A stretch of 63,260 nt of DNA, counting the filler, from Intoshia linei (Eukaryota > Animalia > Orthonectida), in NCBI GenBank assembly GCA_001642005.1. It is 5 parts of 5 records of this genome, joined end to end, with 100 filler letters (N's around TTAATTAATTAA, not from the genome) between each part and the next. Parts side by side here need not be neighbours in the genome. Positions count along the whole stretch, not along the records: positions 32,523 to 56,017 come from LWCA01000560.1; positions 56,118 to 63,260 come from LWCA01001601.1; 3 more parts are not named here. One strand, given 5' to 3'. Under the pieces are notes generated by a model. The model did not search any database, had not been told where the DNA came from, and saw only the letters and a program-made list of their open reading frames with translations. A program made the translations under genes and the position numbers. Below, piece after piece: positions 51,201 through 63,156 of this stretch. Position 1 is the stretch's first letter; every line of letters starts with the position of its first letter.

Positions 51201-51759
51201 ATATTCTAAATTAAAATTTCAACACATTTTAAGTATGCCATGTGGACCACTGTTCAAATTGTTACTCCAGTCTAGAAACCTGTAGTATCTGTAAAAATGG
51301 ATTTATCTTGGAAAATAACACTTGCAAGCGTAACATTATTAACTATGATCTAAAGATTTGTTGTATTTTAGCATGTTCCCAGATTGAACGTTGTGTCAAA
51401 TGTCAACTTAATAATTGTGCTGCATGTGAAGAAGGTTTTCATGCAAAACCGAGATATTGTGAAGGTAAACGATATTAAAATTTAACTTTTTTCGTTAATT
51501 TCAATATACTTATAGCTTGCCACGATTATAATTGTTCTTCTTGTAATGAATACTCCGAAGTGTGTGAAATTTGTAAAAAGGGATATTCTCTCAATAGTTT
51601 TGGCACATGTGTCGGTTAGTTTTATATTTTTAATAAACAACTTTATATTAGATTGTTTATCAGAAGATAACTGCATTGGGAAAGATGCTAGGGGTTTTTT
51701 TTAGTTAATAAATTTAATTTTATATTGTAGAAAGTATTTATTTAATTTGTAAACAATGA
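42211..51759 (+). CDS. Secreted furin-like/VSP-like cysteine-rich repeat protein, about 24 exons and roughly 600 aa
   Basis: Signal-peptide exon MKNYLYITILILCLLVYLN, followed by 22 phase 1-1 exons. Thirteen have six Cys (e.g. CHSVCATCNGEGLKDCITC..C, CDTSCQTCSGPQYKECIQC..C) and nine have two Cys (e.g. CKTNEYIETNGDAWYC). The last exon reads ESIYLICKQ*. No protease or TM domain was seen. Confidence 0.85.
42762..43168. repeat. Foldback element: about 166-bp inverted arms around a spacer of about 75 bp
   Basis: Arm 42762-42927 (actagattgactgttatgtac...cccaaacctgtttcaggtg) is the near-perfect reverse complement of 43003-43168. Confidence 0.95.
44128..44409. mobile_element. hAT-type MITE
   Basis: TIRs cagggcgcacaac...gtagtgcatccctg, with an 8-bp TSD (aactaaag/aactagag). 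Confidence 0.65.
47279..47660 (+). mobile_element. pogo/Tigger-like 5' end relic
   Basis: TA-CAGTCCAACCC terminus and a psq-HTH-like stretch YATSKGTISGIKNE near 47521. Confidence 0.4.
48478..49120 (+). mobile_element. Helitron-like family H, plus-strand copy
   Basis: 5' end A|TCCTTAGTTATATATAAT followed by tgtttgtctgtatgtg. It is the reverse-complement homologue of 49981-50746. Confidence 0.75.
49981..50746 (-). mobile_element. Helitron-like family H, minus-strand copy
   Basis: The minus-strand 5' end A|TCCATACTTATATAAT followed by (TG)n is typical of non-autonomous Helitron 5' ends. It carries an internal duplication at about 50116-50228. Confidence 0.75.
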
Positions 51760-52073
51760 TGTCATTATTCATCTAAAACGTATACAGACTTTTATTTTTA
51801 GTTTGTAATAAATACACGTACATAATAACTACATGTATGTTAAAATATTAATAGTAAATGTATTGTTATTTTAATATTATTTTGTAGTTGGTATTAAGAC
51901 AAATATCATGTAATTTTTTAAAATTATCATATATTTTTTCTATACAGAACGTAATTTAATTTGTATTCTAAATTTACAAATCTTTTAATTTACATAATAC
52001 TATATAGGAGGTAATATACATATACGATTATTTCATAATAATAATTTTTTTAAATATCATATTATAAGTATTA

Positions 52074-52420
52074 CTAGGTTGACTGTTACGGTTACTGTTA
52101 TATTAAATATTGACTTGTACTAAAGTGTTTTTTTGACCGTGAAGGCGTTACTTAATCAGATTGAAAATTTTTTGTGTGTTAACAGGATACAACTGTACCA
52201 CCTGTAAATGTTTTTAAATTCTAGGGCTGTTTTCAATTAAAAAAAAATGGTAATTTGTGGTTTTATATCTGAAGATAAATTTTTTTAAATTTAAATTTAT
52301 GATAAATTATCATTGATAATACATGTATGTATTTATAATTTTAAAATCCGTATCAGAGTATATTTTTGTAATTCTCCAATTCGTTTGATTTTTAAAAAAA
52401 AGGACAAAATTAAGAGTTTA
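52074..52420 (-). mobile_element. Helitron-like family H copy carrying the CTAG 3' end
   Basis: actaggttgactgtta (CTAG|T on the minus strand) is joined to the family H core. A similar join occurs at 56350-56530. Confidence 0.65.
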
Positions 52421-53184
52421 AATTTCGGTCATTTGAAAAAGTATTTTGAAAACGTCTATAAAATTATTGCATAAATAACCGAAATTATAATATCGATAAA
52501 ATCCACAAAAATTGAAATGTATAGTTAAGCGTGAGTGTTGACATTATTAAATATAAACCATGACAATTTATCACAATGTTGTTTTTGCAAAAAAATAAAG
52601 TTAAATTTAAATTTTTCTATATATTTTCAAAAGGATATTTAAAATGATGAGCGCAAGTCGAATCGGCATCTTTGTAACACCCCATTCTAAGTTATTTTAT
52701 ATATCATGATAATACACCATTTCCGCACTAACCGCCCTTAATTCTTTGATGAATGTGACACCCTAGTAAGGATTATTATTTACATTTATTGTTAATAGAT
52801 AAATATATACGGCGTATATTCAGTATTATTATATGTATTATATCTTAAAGCTCGTAAATTTAAATATTTATGCTTTACATGTGAGTAACCTTTAATTCGG
52901 TGATTCCTAACGTGGCAGGTAAAACCGCCGGACCTATATGGGGAGTTAGAAAAAATTTTAACTTTTGGGCGCTGGACTAAATTGGGTATGTTATTGTGTT
53001 ATTATTAATAATTTATTAAAATTTATTAATATATTGACTTATATTTTGAATAACTATTTTAATTGTAATGTAATTTTATATAACTAGGGAACTTTTTTCG
53101 TTAAGTCATAAATTAAAAAGTAGACCTTTTGAATTGATAAAAATGAATGTTTTCTACTATGCTATTTCAAATAACATTCACATA

Positions 53185-54187
53185 CAATGCACGCAATAAA
53201 CATATTCCAACTGATTTATATTAATTTTTGGTCTATTAACATTAATTTTCATGAATATTTCATCTCTATTAAAAAAGGTATTAAAAAGTACGCTTGTTGA
53301 TACCATTATTTTTCCTTTGCCACTTTGATATGAAAAGATATTAGACAAATCGCTAATTAGCCGCGCAATAAACATAGGACACTTCACATTAAAATCACTT
53401 TTTTTATACAAATAATTACAAAAAATACAATTTGGACAGTTCTGATGGATTCCAGTTTTATTGGCATGATCTACGAAAGGAAAAAGAAGTCTACTCTACG
53501 CGGCAAAGTGGAGGTAGATCAGTAATGGTCTGGGAACATTTTCACAGAAAGGAAAATTCTGAATGGAAATCAGAACTCTGAGGATTATATTTTTACCTTA
53601 TCTGAATTTCTACTTATATTTGCTCACTTTCATTATCGTACAGATTACATTTTTCAACAAGATAATGCTCCAATCCACACTTCTGGTAAGGTCAAAACAT
53701 GGTTTGAAGAACATTCTGTTAATGTAATGAACTGGCCATCGAAGTCTGCTGACCTTAATCCTATAGAAAACTTATGGGGAATTTTGGCAAGGTCCGTATA
53801 CAAAAATGGCAGGCAATTTAAAAATAAGGATACTCTGACGCAGATAATATTGACAGAATGGGAAAATATCTATAAAGATGTTATTGAAAAGTTAGTATTG
53901 ACAATAAAGGATAGATGCCTTGAAGTTGTGATCAATAAAGGAGAAAAGACACATTATTAAATTGTAAATACATTATTTTAATTTGAGGTGTCTTATGTTT
54001 ATTGCGCGGCTAATTAACGATTTGTGTGATAACTTTTCATAAAAAGGTGGCAGAAGAAAAATAATGGTAATTAACAAGCGTATTTTTTAATATTTTTTTT
54101 AATAAAGATGAAATATTCATGAAAATGAATGTTAATAGACCAAAAAATAATATAAATCGGTTGGACCTATGTTTATTGCGCGCACTG
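53185..54187 (+). mobile_element. Internally deleted Tc1-like element with long (about 200-bp) TIRs
   Basis: TA-caatgcacgcaataaacata ... tatgtttattgcgcgcactg-TA. It retains YWHDLRK, FQQDNAPIH and WPSKSADLNPIENLW but has no HTH half. Confidence 0.9.
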
Positions 54188-54606
54188 TATCATTTTATTT
54201 TTATCTGAAAATCTACAAAAAACGCCTTTTTAAATTTGAATGCTACATTAACGATTTGATAAAATAGAAAGATACTAGGATTACAGATAAATTTCAATGA
54301 ATACCTTCGTCTAAATTTATTTTATTTATTAAAGCGCATTTTCTTGTATTCTACATTGAAAAAAATTGATTTTATTGACAAAAAGTGAAAAGGTTAGGAA
54401 TCACTGCTATAATGTATTCCACAATATAGAATCTACATGTTTTAAATATAATCATACCAAATGTATATTGTACCAAGTTATATTGTGATTTTAGTCCATT
54501 ACAAATCTAGTATATATTTGACTATAATTTATAACTTTAAATCTTAGAAAGTATACAATATTTGTTTTTATAATTAATATTTTTATGTCACATGTACATT
54601 GTACCT

Positions 54607-55314
54607 CAGCCATTTGAAACTCAAATACGTGGTGGGCCGCATCTTTTCGAAATTTTTTTAAGCGGGCCGTATCATAAAAATTTTTATAGTATCACCTTTG
54701 AAAACCATTATACTATAAATCAAAATCATTGTCAAATACACAGTGTGTATTGAAAGTGATGTCAAATCAGATAATCGAAATTAAAAATGTTTTTAGTTTG
54801 AGCAGCCATGTGGTTTTTTAATTTTTTAAAATTTTTTTTGGACAGTTGTGCTAATATTATTAAAAGGATAATTCGTATTATCATCGTAGATTACTGAGTA
54901 AACTTGGCCAGTTCTTTCATCTTCATTATTTTGTGATAATTCTATCCTCGAAATTAGAAGTGAAATTATTTTTTGTGCGGTTTTTTATCTATTGTGTAAG
55001 ATTTATTTTTTAAATTAAAGTTCGAATGATAAAACTAGAAATTTAATTTGATATGACTTGTACGTATTTTTAATTATCATTAATTAATTAATTAATTGTA
55101 AGTATGATTTTAATCGTATCATTGATATCATTAAATATGATCTCCTCACAGTTTAGGTGTGAAAATGATGATAAACAATTCATTTTGGAATATTTAATAA
55201 CATATATATTATATCATATATATTATTACTATTAATAATATAGTATATATACATATACGACGTTGCGGCGGGCCGTACTTAAATTTGAAAAGGGCCGCAT
55301 TTTTGAGACGGTTG
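54607..55314. mobile_element. hAT-type non-autonomous element
   Basis: Ends cagccatttgaaa...ttgagacggttg, subterminal gggccgc motifs, and an 8-bp TSD (ttgtacct/ttgtacat). Confidence 0.55.
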
Positions 55315-56536
55315 TTGTACATTGTATGTGCGCAAAAATTATTTCATATGTCAAAAGTTTATCGGTTTAAAAAATCGTTTAAACTCTGAGATGCTCTAAT
55401 ATTAAATAATTATAATCAACGAAAAGTTGAAAAAGTGAAAAAATATGACAAAAATTGATCATTATTTTACAAATTTCATCAACAGAAAGTAAATTATGTC
55501 ATATTTGGCATTGTGTATATTCTTAATTATAATCGAGATTTTAATAATTATTAAAATGTAGATGGTACATTTAAATCGTGTTTTATTATGAAAGAATAAA
55601 ATGTTATATACATGTATAAAATGTATATATTTATAGCCTGTAATTTAATTATAGAATACAGTAGTTTCTCTAGTTTTTAAATGTTGAAACTTAATACAAA
55701 TAACATATAAGGAAGAGAGTAATATATGTGTAAAACTTTGCTACATATCTAATCACTAAACTTATATTAGATAGTAAATCATATTTTTTACAGTTTTTGT
55801 ATTTAATTTTAATGCTAATACAATAATTAATTAATGGATAAAACAATAATATTAAGTTATAGTGGTTTGATTGAACATATATTAAATTAACACTTTAATA
55901 TTGAATAAACTCGAGTAATATTGAAATGTATATAGCAATATTGAATTATCATCATCGGTATCGAATTGAATTTTAATCAAAATTAGATATAGAATAGACA
56001 GGGGTGGCACCAGCAATNNNNNNNNNNNNNNNNNNNNNNNNNNNNNNNNNNNNNNNNNNNNTTAATTAATTAANNNNNNNNNNNNNNNNNNNNNNNNNNN
56101 NNNNNNNNNNNNNNNNNAAAAAATTTAAATATCTCATTATATACTATAATTAAATTAAAAATTAAGAAACTTAAATTAATTTAAATAGCTTAGTTGCTAT
56201 GATATTGTCAATCATTATCTTTTAATAGCGAACTGTAAAATTAAAAAGAGAAGTATCATGTTGATCAGGAAAATTTTACCTTTTTATTTGTATGGGCCTC
56301 ATGCAGATCCTCAGAAAAAACTTTTCATTTTGTTGTCTAGTGTTATATTACTAGGTTGACTATTATGTACTTTGTACAAACAGCACCTGGTATGCCGAGG
56401 GCGGACTTTTTTAATTGTACCAAAAAATAAATTTAATAATAAAATTTTACCGCGAAGACGTCACTTTGTCAGATTGAAATTTTTTGTGCGTGTAACTTGA
56501 CATAACTATCAATTATTTTTTAAAATTCTGGGACTA

Positions 56537-57000
56537 CACTGCGTTCCAAGTTATTATGCGACGATTAAAAACATTAATGATTTAAAAAGTAGTCATTTAA
56601 TTCTATTAATTTTTTTATCATAATTTAATCATTCACCATATACAACTTTATTGTTACAAAAAAAATTATCACGTTTCCAAAAAAGCATTCTATTTAACAT
56701 TTTATATTTTTGGGTAATTTTTAGTGTGCCAAATTATTATGCTAATCAAAATTTAGGATAATTATGGGTAAATCAACATCACTTACTGTTGACGAAAAGG
56801 ATAAAATCCTGAAAATGTTGGATAACGGAATATCGATAAATGAAATAGCTTCAAATTTAGAACGCGATCATCGCATAATTCGTGGATATATAGAACTCTT
56901 CCAACAAGAAAAAAAGAAAGGCAAAGGGATCATTCAAAGGAGTATCTGTTAAATATATATCTATATTGAACTAGAAAAGGTTCGAAACCCTCTTAGCACT
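56537..57000 (+). mobile_element. Tc1-like 5' fragment
   Basis: TA-cactgcgttccaagttattatgc terminus with an inner repeat near 56725. ORF MGKSTSLTVDEK..ISINEIASNLERD (HTH). Confidence 0.75.
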
Positions 57001-57281
57001 TATCTAGAGATATTTAAATTATCGGATTAACTGATTGAAATTGATCATTATTTTGATGATTTTAAAATCTTTATCAGATTGGGTAGTTTTTATAATTCTA
57101 GTACTCGTTTGAATTTTAAAAAAAAGCTAATTTTGGTTTTTGATATTAAAAGGATTCAATTCTGAAAATGAAATTTCTGATAAAACACAACTCTTGAAAA
57201 ACTGTAATTGAAATATGGGATATTTAAAACTCGACTACTATTACTCTATTTAAATCCAATCACTTATATTAAAAATCAAAA

Positions 57282-57500
57282 TTTACTAACCTTTATGGGA
57301 AAATTACACTTTTACCAACCCTAAAGGAAAAGAAACACTTTTATCAACCTTAAAAGGAAAATTCTAGTTTTACCAAACCTTACTGAAAAAATCCAATTTT
57401 ACCAACCGTTAAGGAAAAAATCTACTTTTATCAACCTTAAAAGTAAAATTCTACTTTACCAACCTTTAATGAAAAATCCAGTTATACCAACCCTAATAAA
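57282..57500 (+). repeat. Degenerate 28-30-bp minisatellite, about 7.5 copies
   Basis: Unit approximately TTTACCAACCTTAAAGGAAAAATCTACT. Related units occur at about 36535-36680 and, inverted, at about 57738-57772 and 62380-62500. Confidence 0.85.
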
Positions 57501-57823
57501 AATACTTATAAAGCGACCAAGACCACTAAAACCATTTAATAAAGCAAATATTAAATATAGTAAAATCTATAATGAGTAATTTTTTTTACTTTTGTTTTGA
57601 AAAGTTTTAACTGTTTTATTATTAGTTTGAGTAAGTATTAAATCGATAACTAGTTTAGCGATAATTTTTCCATTTAAACACTTTGCTTTGTTTGTAATAT
57701 GGACTTTTTATATGATACTCTGCATCTTGATAAAATTAGATTTTTCCTTTTAGGGTTGATAAAACTGGATTGTTATTAAAAATGGCTGGATTTAAGTAGA
57801 CACGCATTAAATAAACAGATATA

Positions 57824-59244
57824 AACTGCACCGCAAAACTGCAAAATCCAATTTTTGCAATTAAAATTTAAACTTTGAAATATGTGTCTCAAAACTATGT
57901 GAAAAACGCATAAAAGATACAAAAAAGGTAATTTATTTATATATAACAACAGTTTTAATACTTGGTTATATTTCCTCCTTTTGCTTCTAACACTTCGACC
58001 AATCAAGAATGAAATGATTCTACCAATTTTTTTATTTCCTGTATGTCAAGGGCATCCCATATACATTTAATTTCTGCTTTTAATTCGGAAATATTATTAT
58101 ACACTTTAGTTCCAGGGTATAGTCGACGAACCATTATAGCCCAAAGGTTCTCAATGGGATTGCAATCAGGACTGTATGGTGGCCAATCAAGAACTTGTAT
58201 ATTATTTTCACGTAGAAACCCCATAGTTTTTTTGAGACATGAGGCCTGGCGTTGTCCTGCATCAATATAAAATCGTTTTGGTGAAAAGAAAGATAGGATT
58301 TGGTCAATCTGTCTATATATACATCTGAATTTACATTTTGGTCGGTAAAATAAATAGATGTGGTACCGTTTAATCCTATTCCTGCCTATACCACAATGCT
58401 TTTCGAGAATAGTTTTTTTCTGAAAAATTTACGAATTTCATTGTGTTTTGCCCAATATTTTCGACATCCATCCAGACCATCGAGTAAAAATCTCTTTTCG
58501 TCTGAGAATGTTACCTGTTCCAAGTTCAATTTTTTTGTTGTTAATTTTAATAGCGTTTCCTTTGCCCATTTTAATCTATTCTTCTTAGTAAGTGGTGACA
58601 ATAATGGTAATCTAAAATATGGGACATATTTGTAACCATTTTTAGCCAAAAATCTAAATTTTTTTGATAATATAATTATATATATATTACCTGTACACCG
58701 TATCTTTTGAGACATTGAGATTCATATCAGCTATTAAACGTGCTGCAGTAGGAGAATAATCTTTTATAAGTTCAAGTCAGATATGCCTTTTCGTTCTATC
58801 ATCCAATAATTGAGGTCTTCCACTTCCACGAGTTTAAGGTTTACTTCTCAGAAGGTAATTTTTTATGCAGTTATATGATCTCCCTAATCTATCTGCAATT
58901 TGACCAATAGGTACCTTTTTTCCGTAAGAGATTGTATTACACCTTGTTCAAACTCCGATAATAAGTTACCACGTTTTGGCATTTTAAAAATAAGTTTCTA
59001 TGATAGTAAACTCAATTAAAAAAGTTAATAAATATAATTTCACATAGTTTTGCAACAATAATTTTAGAATGTAAAATTGAATTGTTAATTATTTAGTTAA
59101 TTAGATGATAAAATGTGGCGAAATCTTGCATATTAGTTAAGATTCAACGTCATATTAACATGTCATGATAAGAGTTAATTTAGAATAATATAAATATATT
59201 TAATGGAAAAATTTAGAGTTTGCACATAGTTTTGCGGTGCAGTT
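57824..59244 (-). mobile_element. Full-length Tc1-like element with a disrupted transposase
   Basis: TA-aactgcaccgcaaaact ... agttttgcggtgcagtt-TA. Motifs FSDEKRFLLDGLDG, QDNA and WPPYSPDCNPIENLW. Confidence 0.92.
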
Positions 59245-59425
59245 TACCTTTTTACTGGAACTATCTCGGAGTATGTAGTACCTACTGGGTAAATGATTGT
59301 TAAAAATCATTTAATATAAAATGAATTAATTTACTATTAAAAAAAAGAATATGTAAAACTCCATAACGATTTGAAATAAATTTAATTACAAAATAATTGT
59401 AAAATTTCATAGTAAATTAAAAAAA

Positions 59426-59916
59426 ATGGTACTCTATGAATTACTAATGATATACCGACCCTTGGAGAAGGTAAAATATTCAATTAACCAATTTCAAATT
59501 GTAATTAGAAAAAATTAATTGAATCAATAAAAAAAACATGCCACGAAATTATTCAGAGAGGTGGAATATTGAAATCGTTTGAAAATCTTGGCAAAAAAAA
59601 ACTACCATATAGAATGCAGATAGACAGAGAATATTTTTATGATGGCAGGTATACTGGTTTTATAATGTTAAACTTAAATAACCCTCCCATTAGATATTAT
59701 ATTATTAATTTCAACCTACCTCCCAGTTTGGCTAATTCTTTGACAAAAAAATTAGGTATGAGTTCTGACACCATTCGACGACGCATGTGCCGAAAAATGG
59801 AAGAAATATCTAGACCTTGCACAAAAGAACCTTGTGATTATGGTGAAATGGATAAAGACATTTATTCCAAAATTAATAACTACCGAAGACAATTTATTGT
59901 ACCCAAGGAATTTTAA
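59426..59916 (+). CDS. MRPS6: Mitochondrial ribosomal protein S6 (bS6m)
   Basis: MVLYELLMIYRP..|..IIQRGGILKSFENLGKKKLPYRM..GR|YYIINF..; introns at 59471-59508 and 59649-59693. Confidence 0.88.
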
Positions 59917-60191
59917 TAAATTTATGTTTTATTCATCACTGTCAATTTTGGCTGTATTTAGGATTTACGGAAATGGGTTTTCCATTCATAAAACGGTATG
60001 ATAGAATAAGGCTTTTCGTAAGTCATAGTCTAAAAGTCCTTTTTTGTTGGAATTCGATGGAAATTGGATTTAACACAATTTTTTTTAATTACGATTAATG
60101 CCCGTAATTCAACATTATTTACTCGTGTATAAAACGAATACATACAATTAAACGATTAAGAAAATTTTCGAAAATATTTTATTTTTTATCA

Positions 60192-61185
60192 TTAAAAATA
60201 AATGAAAATTTTATTTGTATATGTAGTATTTACATGAACATTATATATCAAATAATAGTAAAGGTGTAACATTTTGTAATTTACATAATGAAATGTTGCG
60301 GGTCTATTACTGCAACATTCATTTCCATCTATAAATGGGTAGTAGTCGTATGATCTTAGCCAAAACTTTGGACTTAGGTTATTGGCTATTAACTGGGAGA
60401 TTGGTTCTAAGGCAAAAAATGTTTGTCTTTGTTTACTATCTCTAGTGTCAATAGCTTTGATTCCAGAATTTTCTGCACAAATTCCCATTTTCACGTCCTC
60501 TGCTCCTTCCGGGGTTTGATCACATATATTTGGATTTATCATAGCTTTTTCTACAAAAGTGTCTACTGCAGCTTTCGATAAAAGATATCTACATAAAGTG
60601 TTAATTATGACATTTTCAGATATATTATTACCCTGCACCACCACTCATATATCCCTGCGTTTTTCCCCATTTAAACCTTCTTCCAGCATATAATTTTTCA
60701 CTGCTATTGAATTTTGACAAAATGAGCTTCATATTTTCTATTATTGCAAATGTATCATCATCCGCTTTAAAAACCCAATCGTAATTCCCCCGAATATTAT
60801 CGTATGCATATTTGAAACCGGCAACAGTTTTTGGCCAAAGAATATTATGGGATTCTGTTATGTTTATGGCATGTATCGGCAATTTTTTAGATTTTTCACT
60901 GCTTATAAATACATGACCATCGCATTTTTTTGTCCACAGTATATTCAATAGTTTGGCAACTTTTAGGTTTTTTGGGTAGGTTATTATAAAACAAAAAATT
61001 TTGATATTTTTAATTTCAGATGTATTTAAATCGAGGTAGGATGTTTGGTTTAATTTAAAATTACTTTGATACATAAGTGCTCCATTATAGGTATATTTTA
61101 AATTTGGCCATATCAATGTTCTACAAGTGTATATAACCACAAATAGTACCAAAATACAAATAATTACGACTATTTTTTTGTACAT
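60192..61185 (-). CDS. C1GALT1: Core 1 beta-1,3-galactosyltransferase (T-synthase)
   Basis: Type II TM segment, IFCFIIT.P, WTKKCD, LWPKT, DWVFKADDDT, GYMSGGAG|YLLSKAA (intron 60589-60631), AEDVKMGIC, DTRD, CCS..ATFHYV. Confidence 0.93.
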
Positions 61186-63156
61186 TACGGTATTTTTCTG
61201 AGATTAAACAATGGTCAACTGTACAGTGTACACTATACAGTAACTGTTTCTTAGTGCTTTTATACTTTAATAATAGTGATTTAGTACACATTATATGCAA
61301 CCGATTACAATGAAATTAAATTAAATCCAAAATTAAACATAGATGTAAGTTTATAACTAATGCAGTGTTCTTAAACGGTGCACCGCCAAGAAATTAGCCA
61401 AATATCATCAATGAGATCTCCATTAAAAACCAATATAATAATACTAATGTAATGTTAAAAAAATTTATATTTTTTTATTATTATCATTATTTTATATTTT
61501 TATCGGATTTAACCTGTGCACATTTCTTATCAATTTTTTGTTGTTAGTTATTCAAATATATCAAATCAAATTCTTATCAAAACTCTAATGCATTTCACAC
61601 ATGCGCCCTGAAGTAAAAAAGGTTGAGAAAAACTGAATTCATGAAACCTACATGAAATGTATGTTCAGTATAGCCAACTTAAAAATTTAAAGTTTAGATA
61701 TTAAATTTTCGATTTACAGGGTCAAACGAGTGGACAATAATTTTGAATTTTATAATTATTGTCATTTTTCGGATTAAGAATCAAATAATTATAAAATTGT
61801 GTATTCACATTCAGTAAAGTAATATAAAATTCTATAGATGTTTCTTAAACTGACATCGTATAATTTTACAGGGTCCGCGTAATAATTTGTACTAATTATG
61901 TATATGTCATGACCATTTTATAATTATGGTTAAAATGAATGTTTTATTTTTTATCATCATATTTATCCTTCACTAATATAAAAGTGAATGTCTTTTTGTT
62001 GTTGATTAAAAATTAGTCTAATATAGTTTCTTCCAGTTAGTGTTTTATCATCAATTATTTCTCAAAAATTTGCATCTTCACGGTCAAAAACTCAAATTAC
62101 CTGACATTTTGTAAATTATTATGATAACCCAAATAATTAAAAAATGTAGTTACACGACAGATTATTTTATTATAATTTATTTTAATTTTTAATATTATGA
62201 TTATTTTAAATACAAAAATATACTTTTGTTTTTATCTCACAAATTAGCCTTTTTTCCAGAGATGGGAAAGTGAGGCCTTATTAAAGATATGGTGCGGGGT
62301 TTTCTGAACAATTTGAATTATTTTTTATTTAAAATTATTTTTAAAATATTAATTTTTGTTTAAATGGGATTTACAAAATAATATTGGTAAAAGCGGGTTT
62401 TTTCTTTAAGTTTGGTAAAAATAATTACAATGATCAGATAGAGGAATTTTTTCATTAAGAGTTGGTAAAATTTTGGTTTTTTCTCATAAGATTTTACTAA
62501 ATTGAATAAAATATGCTAAAAATTTATCATTCACCCCCAATCATCTAAAATTTACTAAATATCTAAAATCTAAGATTTTTTGGGGTACTAACTATAATTA
62601 TATTATTTTTAGATTACACACATATTTTATTTATAATTAAGTAATTAATCGGCCTTAAAATATAGACGTCAGCCCTCGGCAGTTCTAGCTGATATTTGTT
62701 CAAATTGGGTATAAGTCAATCTGGTTAAATATAAATAAAATTACGTGGTTTATTATGTCCAGTCACTAATTAAAACATAAAATAAATACATATTTTTTTT
62801 TATTTAAACACATGTCATACATGTATGTATTCCAATTTACGCTTAAAATTAAGATGTATATGTTAATTATAAATTAAATAAAAAAATTCTTTATCAATAT
62901 ATAACAAGGTCATTCAAGGTGTCCCGCCAAATGAATTCACTAAAAATAATTTTTTTATTGAATTTTGTGTTAATCAGATTACATCAGTGTTTCTCAACCT
63001 TTTTTTCGCCATGGACCATATTTTATTGTAAAAATTCCTGTGGACTACCATAAACCAACGTTTCCCAAATGCCGGGTAGCGGAAGAAATTATATTTACTT
63101 AAAAATTAATTAAAATAATATATAAAAATAATATTTACTATATTATTTAAAAAATG

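Noticed and set aside
42211-51759. PCSK5/furin protease or receptor tyrosine kinase
   Set aside because: The signal peptide leads directly into Cys repeats. No subtilase, P-domain, L-domain, TM or kinase exon was found.
57282-57500. CRISPR-like array of repeats of about 29 bp
   Set aside because: The units are contiguous and degenerate with no unique spacers, there are no cas genes, and the context is eukaryotic. It is a minisatellite.
60192-61185. Programmed frameshift between two overlapping C1GALT1 ORFs
   Set aside because: A canonical 43-nt GT-AG intron (60589-60631) restores GGAGYLLS.
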